Shown here: positions 10,117 to 18,230 of the stretch, one piece after another
Layout: each line of letters opens with the position of its first letter
Position numbering within the stretch: the first letter of the stretch is position 1
From: Euryarchaeota archaeon UBA257
GTDB lineage: Archaea; Thermoplasmatota; Poseidoniia; Poseidoniales; Thalassarchaeaceae
DNA: 62,787 bases
Assembly (NCBI GenBank): GCA_002498985.1
Contig: DAJO01000042.1
Coordinates: forward strand, 1-62,787
Reading direction: 5' to 3'
Program-made: the position numbers and the translations under genes
The notes under the pieces: model-generated
Databases searched by the model: none
Told to the model about the DNA's origin: nothing
Seen by the model: the letters and a program-made list of their open reading frames with translations, nothing else

Positions 10117-12225
10117 ATGAATAATAAAAAATTATTTTCAAGTTTAATAACAATGCTTTTTGTGACAACTGCTCTAGCCGGATGTCTTGATAATAATGAA
10201 GAAGAAGAGACATTAGGGAGTTTTGTAATAGCTTATGAAATCCAATCTGATTATGAGAATATTGATGAAAACCCTCAACAATTAGCAGATTATTTTTCTG
10301 AGAAGTTGAATTATGATGTTTCACTGTATAGTGTTGATTCTGAAGGAGCAATGATTGAGGCGTTAAGATTCGGTAATGCGGATATAGCAATCATGGATGG
10401 TGGAGCCGCGTGGGTTGGTTGGCAACAGTATGGTTTAGATGCTTTAGGTGCTGATTTGAAGAACGATGGTCGTACTTACTATAATGCCCATGCATGGGTA
10501 AAAGCAGATAGCGAAATGGCATCTGCGCACTTGGATGAAAATCCTTATACTGATCCTTTCGCTTTACTCTCAGGAAAGACTTCTTGCCATACAGGGTGGT
10601 TAAAATCTGCAGGAATGTTATTACCAATGGGTTTCTTGATAGGACATGGATATGCGAATGTCATTGGTGACCCTAATGACGTAGAAACAATCAGGAATAC
10701 GATTTTTGAATATTTCAATGAAAACGCTTCAATTCCTGATTCAGGTACGCCTTACTATGGGTATGAAGGTGCAATAAAATGCTTATCTGATGGCACAGGA
10801 GATGTTGCTTTTGCAAAGGACAGTACAGTAGATATATTCTGCAATAATGAAGATTCTTCAGATAATAGTGAATGGTGCCTGCCCAGAGATCAATACGTCG
10901 CTTTACCTGCATTCGGCCAATCACCGAGCCATCCAGTAATGTATAATCCACAGCTTATTGATTCTGAATTGTTAAATCAGGTTACAGATATTTTAGTGGA
11001 AATGGGAGATGATTCAGATGCTAGTATGATACTAAATAATGTCCTAAATACTCCAGGAATTATTGCAACCAATGCTACAAATCATCTAGGAAGTTATTCT
11101 TCATTAATTTCTAATATCCCAGGTATTTCTGCTTATTATAATGATAAATTCACTATTAATGGGACAACTTCTCCAACAGTCGATAAGGTTAGAATAGCAT
11201 ATGAGGTGAAAGCAGATTATGAGAATATTGATGAGAATCCTCAACTCTTGGCTGATTACTTATCCGATGTATTAGAGATACCTGTCGAACTATACAGCGT
11301 TGATTCAGAAGGAGCTATTATTGAGGCCCTAAGATTTGGAAATGCAGATATTGCTTTTATGGACGGTGGAGCAGCATGGGTTGGCTGGAAAGAATACGGG
11401 TTAGCGGCGATGGCGGCTGATCAGAAGTCTGATGGTCGTACTTATTACAACGCCCATGCTTGGGTTAAAGCAGATAGTGAAATGGCTGCTGCCTACTTAG
11501 ACGATGATCCATCTACTGATCCATTTTCTCTTCTAGAAGGAAAAACATCTTGTCATACTGGTTGGTTGAAATCAGCAGGTATGCTATTGCCAATGGGGTA
11601 CTTAATTGGTAATGATTATGCTACTGTAATTGGTGATGGCGATGACATTGCCTCATTAAGAGATACAATAAATGGATTCTTCAGTTCAGATGCTTCAATC
11701 CCTGATTCCGGAACCCCATACTATGGTTATTCTGGCGCAGTTAAATGTCTATCAGATGGTACTGGAGACGTAGCATTTGCAAAAGATAGTACAGTGGATT
11801 CTTACTGTGGTAATGATGATTCCAATCAAAATGAAGATTGGTGCCTCGAAAGAGATCAATACGTTGCCTTACCAACATTTGGGCAGGCTCCAAGCCATCC
11901 AGTAATGTATAATCCTCAATTATTAGATATTCAAACAAGAACTTCAGTTCTTAACGCTTTGATGTCTCTGAATTATGAGATGTATGTAGAAAACTATTCT
12001 GTAGCAGGCACTACATATACTGGATGTTATGATATATCTGTCCATGTAATCGATGAAGATTCTCAAAAAAATAATTGTGGTGATGAAATCTTATCAAATG
12101 TATTGAATACTCCGGGTTTAATTAGAGTTACTTCTCAAGATCACTTAGGTAGTTACTCCGATTTAATTTCTAATATTCCTGGGATTTCAAACTACTTTAG
12201 CGATAAGTTCGAAATAGAAGGATGA
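10117..12225 (+). CDS. Bilobal transferrin-like substrate-binding lipoprotein of an ABC importer (PhnD/transferrin fold)
   Basis: Lipobox LAGC; 322-aa tandem duplication; each lobe has ADIAxMDGG, TYYNAHAWVK, KTSCHTGWLKSAG, YYGYxGAxKCLSDGTGDVAFAK, RDQY and PSHPV. Start set at ATG 10117 after the RBS (track ATG 10096 lies inside operator 2). Confidence 0.88.
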   Translation: MNNKKLFSSLITMLFVTTALAGCLDNNEEEETLGSFVIAYEIQSDYENIDENPQQLADYFSEKLNYDVSLYSVDSEGAMIEALRFGNADIAIMDGGAAWVGWQQYGLDALGADLKNDGRTYYNAHAWVKADSEMASAHLDENPYTDPFALLSGKTSCHTGWLKSAGMLLPMGFLIGHGYANVIGDPNDVETIRNTIFEYFNENASIPDSGTPYYGYEGAIKCLSDGTGDVAFAKDSTVDIFCNNEDSSDNSEWCLPRDQYVALPAFGQSPSHPVMYNPQLIDSELLNQVTDILVEMGDDSDASMILNNVLNTPGIIATNATNHLGSYSSLISNIPGISAYYNDKFTINGTTSPTVDKVRIAYEVKADYENIDENPQLLADYLSDVLEIPVELYSVDSEGAIIEALRFGNADIAFMDGGAAWVGWKEYGLAAMAADQKSDGRTYYNAHAWVKADSEMAAAYLDDDPSTDPFSLLEGKTSCHTGWLKSAGMLLPMGYLIGNDYATVIGDGDDIASLRDTINGFFSSDASIPDSGTPYYGYSGAVKCLSDGTGDVAFAKDSTVDSYCGNDDSNQNEDWCLERDQYVALPTFGQAPSHPVMYNPQLLDIQTRTSVLNALMSLNYEMYVENYSVAGTTYTGCYDISVHVIDEDSQKNNCGDEILSNVLNTPGLIRVTSQDHLGSYSDLISNIPGISNYFSDKFEIEG
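10225..12220 (+). repeat. Intragenic tandem duplication, period 966 nt (two lobes)
   Basis: IAYE...DYENIDENPQ starts near 10228 and 11194; equivalent residues are offset by exactly 322 aa. Confidence 0.95.
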
Positions 12226-12278
12226 TTAGATTTTCTCAGACGGCATCTTATCATTGTATCCGGCAATACCAAATAGGG

Positions 12279-12294
12279 TTTAGCCTCCCCTAAA
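12279..12294. promoter_or_regulatory. Third, degenerate DtxR-type operator (TTTAGCCTCCCCTAAA)
   Basis: One arm mismatch to TTTAGG-N4-CCTAAA; lies in the gap upstream of the ABC ATPase RBS (GAGGTGA). Confidence 0.55.
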
Positions 12295-12319
12295 ATTACT
12301 ATTGACGAGGTGATAGGTC

Positions 12320-13099
12320 ATGGATAAAATCATAGCGGAGGGTGAAGTCAATCGAAATCCAATCATTAAGTTGATAGATGTTGAAATCGGTTATGATTAT
12401 AATCAACCTTTAGTTAAGATTCCTGACTTAGAGATTTTCCCTGGTGAGATAGTTGCTATCGCAGGGCCATCAGGTGTTGGTAAAACAACTCTTCTAAGGA
12501 CAATTGCTGGTTTAGTTAGGCCAATCTCAGGGATGCTAGAAGTATGTGGAGCAACTCATCCGTCTAAACCCGTTAGAGGATCATTAGGATATGTCCCACA
12601 ACGTCTTGGTTTAGTGCGTCATACTAGCGTAATCCATAATGTGATGATTGGAGCAAATGCAGGGCATAACAAATCATTACGGTCAATCCTGACTTCTGAA
12701 GAACCGAAATTTAGTTCAATATGGTCAAAAATCACCTCAAAAGATGCAAAAAAACATGCATTATCTGCAATTGAATCAATGGGACTTACTGAAAAATTAA
12801 ATGAACCAATTAGAAAGCTTTCTGGAGGTCAACAAAGACGAGTCGCTACTGCTAGAACTCTTGCTCAACAACCTTCTTTGATAATGGCGGATGAGTTTCT
12901 TAGTGAATTAGATGAAGAAACGATGAAAATGGTTCTGAATGAAGTTACAGAATACATCAGAAACAGCGATGCAGCTTTACTGGTTGTTGAACACGATATA
13001 TCTAGAGCTAAATCAATGGCAGATAGGCTATTGGTAATTGATGATGGTCGTGTGAACCCGTTCATTTCAGAGGTAACTGCTATCGAGGTTAAAATATGA
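12320..13099 (+). CDS. ABC transporter ATP-binding subunit, PhnC-like
   Basis: Walker A GPSGVGKTT, LSGGQQRRV, MADE; LVRHTSVIHNVMIG is PhnC-like. Confidence 0.9.
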   Translation: MDKIIAEGEVNRNPIIKLIDVEIGYDYNQPLVKIPDLEIFPGEIVAIAGPSGVGKTTLLRTIAGLVRPISGMLEVCGATHPSKPVRGSLGYVPQRLGLVRHTSVIHNVMIGANAGHNKSLRSILTSEEPKFSSIWSKITSKDAKKHALSAIESMGLTEKLNEPIRKLSGGQQRRVATARTLAQQPSLIMADEFLSELDEETMKMVLNEVTEYIRNSDAALLVVEHDISRAKSMADRLLVIDDGRVNPFISEVTAIEVKI

Positions 13100-14160
13100 A
13101 GCGGAATGTCGTTTCGTTTGTTGGGCCGCTTCCATTTTTACTTTACTTTACATCTGCATTGTTAGTGATGTATATCCTCGCGCCACAGAAACTTGCTTTA
13201 TACATAATATCGGCAATCCCAATTATGATAATCTCACTTATCGCATTATCGATAATAGCAATCATGATATCTTCCGGTAATTATCTGATTAAATTATCTT
13301 TATTATCAACAATCTTATTTTCCTTTTGGATATTTAACGAAATGGTTGATGGAGATTGGGGTAGGTTATCAGGAAGTTTTGAGAATCTACTTATATTCTT
13401 TAGTGAATCATTATGGCCTCCTGACTGGAGTGTGATAGAACCACAGGCATATCCTGTTTGTACAGTATATCCTTTGTTTGATTTCACGTGTTCAACAGCA
13501 TGGATAGGCTTAGTAGAGACTCTAAAGATAGCATTTGTTTCAACTGTATTTGGCATGATGTTATCATTACCGATATCGTTACTCGCAGCAAGAAACTTGA
13601 ATTATTGGGGGGTATCATACATTTTTAGATTCATTTTAGCATCTTTTAGAAGTTTGCCGAGCATTATCTGGGCAATATTTTTTGTTATTCTTGTTGGTTT
13701 TGGTCCTTTGTCAGGAGTTTTAGCTATGACTGTTTACACTGTAGGGTACTTGGGTAAACTTCAGTATGAAGCAATTGAAGGTTTGAATAAAACTCCTCTC
13801 TATGCCGCTCAGGCTATGGGTTTATCTAAAATTCAGACCGCTTATCAAGTAGTTATTCCAGAGTCTGCTAATGATCTTATTTCTCAAGCAATTTTTATGT
13901 TTGAATATAATTTTAGACATGGAACAGTAATAGGAATTGTTGGTGCTGGTGGGATAGGGTATTACATCAATCTATACTTGAAATTCTTACAGTATGATAA
14001 GGTCATTGCATATTTGATAATCATCTTTATTGTAGTTTTAATCATCGATTTGATATCTATTTTTGCTCGTTCGTTCTTCACAGAAGGCGGAGATACGCCG
14101 AGAAGGCAATCCTGGATAGGAGTTTTCCTACCTTCTGCAATGTTAAGATCTGAAAAATAA
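13096..14160 (+). CDS. ABC transporter permease, PhnE/PtxC-like
   Basis: WPPDW, ETLKIA, FRSLPSIIWA, GYLGKLQYEAIE, FEYNFRHGTVIGIVGAGGIG; ATGA overlap with the ATPase. Confidence 0.9.
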   Translation: MKRNVVSFVGPLPFLLYFTSALLVMYILAPQKLALYIISAIPIMIISLIALSIIAIMISSGNYLIKLSLLSTILFSFWIFNEMVDGDWGRLSGSFENLLIFFSESLWPPDWSVIEPQAYPVCTVYPLFDFTCSTAWIGLVETLKIAFVSTVFGMMLSLPISLLAARNLNYWGVSYIFRFILASFRSLPSIIWAIFFVILVGFGPLSGVLAMTVYTVGYLGKLQYEAIEGLNKTPLYAAQAMGLSKIQTAYQVVIPESANDLISQAIFMFEYNFRHGTVIGIVGAGGIGYYINLYLKFLQYDKVIAYLIIIFIVVLIIDLISIFARSFFTEGGDTPRRQSWIGVFLPSAMLRSEK

Positions 14161-14168
14161 TTTTTAAA

Positions 14169-15179
14169 CTAATTTTTGTATGAGGCTACCATCTTTCGAA
14201 CAGCATCTTCAACTGGTATTTCTCCATCTAATAACTGACTTAAAGAAGATAGGAAAGGTATCTCAACATTTAATTTAGGAGCTATTTTTACAAACATTCT
14301 GGTTGCTCTAACGCCCTCTGCCACCATATGCATTTCATCTAGAGCCTCTTCTAGTGTTTTTCCGTTTCCTAGCATTTCTCCAAGCGTTCTATTTCTACTT
14401 CTTGGGCTGGTCGCTGTGACGTATAAATCTCCTAATCCTGCGGGACCAAATGCTGTTGAAGGTTCAGCCCCCATTGCATTTAGTAATCTAATTCCTTCAC
14501 TGAATCCTGCTAGAACTAATGCTGCTTTCAGATTATCTCCTCCGATACTATTCCTGAGTCCATCTACTAGTCCACAAGCAAGTGCGACTGTATTCTTGAA
14601 TGCGCCCCATAGTTCTGCTCCTTCCGGATCATCAGCGGCAGTAAGTACCAAGGTATTGGTAGATAATCTCGCTGCAATTTTTTCAGCCACTAATCTATCA
14701 TGACAAGCAACCAATGCTGTAGTCATCACACCTCTAGCTACTTCAGGAGCTATCGTGGGGCCGGTCATTACAACTAATGGATTAGATTTTTTTGCTTCTT
14801 TCAATCTTTTTGTGATTGCCTTAGATATAATTCCGGAGCCTCCTTCTTCTTCAGGCGCTAAGCCCTTTGCTAAATCAATTAGTAAATGAGAAGGTCTTAG
14901 ATATGGAATAATTTGGTCAACAACGCTTAGGATGATGCCACTGGGTATTGCTAAAACTATAATTTCACAATCAGTAGTAATATCTTCAATTTGCATTGTA
15001 GCCTGTAAATCTGGAATTTTTGTATGTGGTAGGTATTTTTTATTTATATTCTCTGTCATTATAGACTCATATACTTCATGTTCAATTGTCCATCCCATTA
15101 CATTGTGTCCGTCATCACACCATACTTTAGCAAGTGCAGTTCCCCAATTGCCCAAACCAATAATACCTATACGAGCCAT
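14169..15179 (-). CDS. gpsA: NAD(P)H-dependent glycerol-3-phosphate dehydrogenase
   Basis: GLGNWGTALA, AKG, GPTIAPEV, GAFKN, GLGDLYVTATSPRSRNR, VAEG; start at ATG 15179 after GAGGGTGA. Confidence 0.95.
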   Translation of the reverse strand: MARIGIIGLGNWGTALAKVWCDDGHNVMGWTIEHEVYESIMTENINKKYLPHTKIPDLQATMQIEDITTDCEIIVLAIPSGIILSVVDQIIPYLRPSHLLIDLAKGLAPEEEGGSGIISKAITKRLKEAKKSNPLVVMTGPTIAPEVARGVMTTALVACHDRLVAEKIAARLSTNTLVLTAADDPEGAELWGAFKNTVALACGLVDGLRNSIGGDNLKAALVLAGFSEGIRLLNAMGAEPSTAFGPAGLGDLYVTATSPRSRNRTLGEMLGNGKTLEEALDEMHMVAEGVRATRMFVKIAPKLNVEIPFLSSLSQLLDGEIPVEDAVRKMVASYKN

Positions 15180-15283
15180 AGTCACCCTCAAATTCGCTCG
15201 CTTTAACATCCGGTTAAGACCCTTGGGTCTGAGAAGGGCTCATCCGTTGCATTCTTGACTCAAATGCTCTCCGGCGAATACAA

Positions 15284-15368
15284 GCAGGGGTACCCGAGTG
15301 GTCAAAGGGGCTGGGTTTAGGTCCCAGTGCGTAGTGCTTCGCAGGTTCAAATCCTGTCCCCTGCACCA
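15284..15368 (+). tRNA. trnL: tRNA-Leu (anticodon TAG), CCA encoded
   Basis: Acceptor GCAGGGG/CCCCTGC, anticodon arm CTGGG-TTTAGGT-CCCAG, long variable arm, T-arm GCAGG-TTCAAAT-CCTGT, 3' ACCA. Confidence 0.97.
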
Positions 15369-15379
15369 TTTTTTATTTT
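15369..15379 (+). terminator. Oligo-T archaeal terminator after the tRNA
   Basis: TTTTTTATTTT directly after CCA. Confidence 0.5.
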
Positions 15380-15455
15380 CATTATGACTATTTTTTAATG
15401 TATCTATATATTACTGAACCGTTGACTTAATGTCCCGCGCCTTCTTGCATGTATT

Positions 15456-17516
15456 ATGGGCGAAGAGGCAACTATGTCCACGGGTTTAAATTCATCTTCA
15501 GAAATTAAACATTCAGAAAACAATAGCCTCGATAAGGAACTTGATAGAATTAGATTACGTCGGACAGATAAAAATAAAAAATTCCCCAAGACCTTCGATG
15601 ACGTTGTATTAATTTTTGGCCTAGTCGCTGGAATTGTATTTTTTGGTGGAGTGACTCTTTTATCCTCTGGTATGTTAGCAGGTGATTCAATCATTTTAGA
15701 TGAAACTCTTTCAAAAACACCACTTGATACAGGGGGTGAATGCGTAGATAATCTAGGCGCAGTATCTTTCAGTATCTTTATCGAGAATCATGATGATATT
15801 AAAGTAAGGTCTAAGAACGTTTTATTGGATAAATTTTCTGTATTGGTTGTTAAGATTACTAATAATACTGACTCAGAACCATATTATGAATACTATGAAA
15901 CTGACATTGGGAATGTAGATTTTTCATTTGAATTAGAAGAAGATGTTAATGATGGTCATTATTTATTATCTGCACAGATTTTTCAAAGTTCAGATGATAA
16001 TGAATTAGTTGTAACAAACAAATCAACTTTCGAGGATGCTTCATCAGAACTTCAAAGAAATGGTGATGAGAAAATTGTAGATTTAGAGGTATCTGGACAT
16101 TCGTTAGAGATTTCTGATCCAGAACCTAGGGATTGTTTTACGATGACTGAGTTCGGATATTGGGGCTGGGCTTTAATGGCTGCAGAATGGGCAGGAGGTA
16201 GAGAAACCGCAATGTTAACCGGAGGTAGTGCAGGAGTTCCAGCTTGGTGGATGGCTTCAATTTCCTTAGGGATGTCAATTTTCTTTTTGTGTGTTCAGTA
16301 TCCGTTAATGCATCGAATGTATCATCGTGATATAGACGACATTTTAACTAAAAAGCAACTTTTCCGACTTATTGAAAGAACTCTAATTAAATCAGAAGGG
16401 GATCTCCGAATAAGTATAAATTTTGATGAATTAAAAATGCAAGAAAGAGCCATTTCTATTGATATTATTATACCATATATTACTACAAATAAGACCATTG
16501 GTGAAGCCACAGATATCCGAGCTAGATTAACTAAAGATTTACTTGAAGAGTTCTCTATTTTCGGTGAGATGAGACCGCTACAAATAAAGTCGATATGCTT
16601 AGATGGGAAAAATAATACATCTAATAATGAATTCATTCTTTCTAGCGATCTTTCTCTAATTGTTTCCGAAAGGAGTCCTTTATCTGAAGATTATAGTATA
16701 TTCTTTTCTGATCTTGGGGCTAATGGTAAATTGGAGGAGAAAATTATTCATGTTCTAGACAAATGGTTCAGAAAACACAATCTTCTTGATTATGGCTCTG
16801 CTATAATTGTCGATGAAGAATCAGTTCTAATTAGAGTGATATACACTCCAATCATGAAGTTTTCTTATTTCCTTTACAGGAAGTCATTCATTGATATGCA
16901 AGATGATTTAACAGATTTCCTTCTTGTGAATTTAGAAGACTTATTGGGAGATAGAGAATTAATTGTTAGTGCAAGGAACGAAAAAGCCAGTCTTTCAGAT
17001 AGAGCGGTTGCTGGAAGAGTTGAACTAGGGGCTAATCAAGACGATTTAGTCGGCGAGGCTATGGTAGCAAAACAAGCAGGATTAACTGGAGTTTTATTAC
17101 AGAATCCGTTCATGGGAGATATTTTATCATCTGTTGAATATGTTGCACACTCGAACAGATCTAGAATAGATAAATATGGATTTTGGGGATTGATTGTGTT
17201 TGTTTGGATTCCATTCATGGCAAGTGGTGTATTGGTAGGTGCTATGTTAGGTTTGGTGGCTAGAATGCGTTTTAGAAGAGTTTTGCTCGCCTGTTTAGTT
17301 GGCGGTTCTGCCGCTTCAATAACTTGGGCTTATACTGCTAGAGGAATAATAGAATTTATGGAAAAATATCATGCTCAAACTTTCATACCGTTTTTGATTT
17401 TACTAGCCTTTGTTTTTACTTTCTTACACCTTAGAAGGAATAAAAGAAGAAGAAGAGAAGAATTATTCAGAGAGTCAATGGCATTTTTTGCAACATCTAG
17501 TAATTCTAATGTATAG
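15456..17516 (+). CDS. Multi-domain membrane protein with C-terminal putative small multidrug export (COG2426-like) domain
   Basis: GGRE motif and KYGFWGLIVFVWIPFMASGVLVGAMLG; extracellular domain after the first TM helix. Confidence 0.6.
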   Translation: MGEEATMSTGLNSSSEIKHSENNSLDKELDRIRLRRTDKNKKFPKTFDDVVLIFGLVAGIVFFGGVTLLSSGMLAGDSIILDETLSKTPLDTGGECVDNLGAVSFSIFIENHDDIKVRSKNVLLDKFSVLVVKITNNTDSEPYYEYYETDIGNVDFSFELEEDVNDGHYLLSAQIFQSSDDNELVVTNKSTFEDASSELQRNGDEKIVDLEVSGHSLEISDPEPRDCFTMTEFGYWGWALMAAEWAGGRETAMLTGGSAGVPAWWMASISLGMSIFFLCVQYPLMHRMYHRDIDDILTKKQLFRLIERTLIKSEGDLRISINFDELKMQERAISIDIIIPYITTNKTIGEATDIRARLTKDLLEEFSIFGEMRPLQIKSICLDGKNNTSNNEFILSSDLSLIVSERSPLSEDYSIFFSDLGANGKLEEKIIHVLDKWFRKHNLLDYGSAIIVDEESVLIRVIYTPIMKFSYFLYRKSFIDMQDDLTDFLLVNLEDLLGDRELIVSARNEKASLSDRAVAGRVELGANQDDLVGEAMVAKQAGLTGVLLQNPFMGDILSSVEYVAHSNRSRIDKYGFWGLIVFVWIPFMASGVLVGAMLGLVARMRFRRVLLACLVGGSAASITWAYTARGIIEFMEKYHAQTFIPFLILLAFVFTFLHLRRNKRRRREELFRESMAFFATSSNSNV

Positions 17517-17522
17517 ATAGAG

Positions 17523-18230
17523 GTGAATAAATTGAAGAAGTTATTACAAATGAAAAATTTAGAGCGACATTACCAAACACCTGCAGGAGTTGTACGAGCT
17601 CTTGATGGTGTTTCTTTCGAAATTTCAGAAGGTGAACGTGTCATTCTCCTAGGTCCATCTGGCTCAGGAAAAACCACACTCTTGAACTGTCTTTCAGCTC
17701 TTGACAGCCCCACCAGTGGCGATTACACATTCCTCAGCAACGAAGTACCACGTAATAATTCTGAGAAAATGACTTCTTTTAGAAGAGAAAATATAGGCTA
17801 TGTGTTCCAATTTTTTAATTTACTTCAAGATCTCACAGTTCTCGAAAATATATTATTGATTCAAGAATTAGCAGGTAAAAAAGACTCTTCTAGAGCGAAG
17901 GAATTGTTGAGAATTGTTGGTCTAGAAGCCGAAATCGATCGTTTCCCTGGAGAGATTAGTGGCGGCCAGCAACAGCGTGTTGCAATTGCTCGAAGTATAG
18001 CAAAACGTCCTACTCTCTTACTTGGAGATGAGTTGACTGGAAACCTAGATACTGAAACTTCAAACAAAGTAATGGAAGCTTTAGTAGGAGCATGTAAACA
18101 AGAAAATATTACTTCTGTTTTTGTTACTCATGATGAAGGATTAGTTAAATTCGCTACACGAGTCATTCGGATTGATAGTGGTAAAATTATATCTGACGAA
18201 AAAATTGATAATTCATTCGATGGGGTTTGA
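17523..18230 (+). CDS. ABC ATPase, LolD/MacB family
   Basis: GPSGSGKTT, FRRENIGYVFQFFNLL, SGGQQQRVAIAR, DELTGNLD, VTHD. Confidence 0.93.
   Translation: MNKLKKLLQMKNLERHYQTPAGVVRALDGVSFEISEGERVILLGPSGSGKTTLLNCLSALDSPTSGDYTFLSNEVPRNNSEKMTSFRRENIGYVFQFFNLLQDLTVLENILLIQELAGKKDSSRAKELLRIVGLEAEIDRFPGEISGGQQQRVAIARSIAKRPTLLLGDELTGNLDTETSNKVMEALVGACKQENITSVFVTHDEGLVKFATRVIRIDSGKIISDEKIDNSFDGV

Noticed and set aside
10096-14160. Plain phosphonate ABC transporter (phnDCE) annotation
   Set aside because: The binding protein has transferrin Fe ligands and SCHTG instead of the PhnD STSG loop, the promoter has DtxR-type boxes, and no phosphonate catabolism genes are nearby.
15284-15460. Integrated element at tRNA-Leu
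   Set aside because: No integrase and no visible duplicate of the tRNA 3' end in the window.
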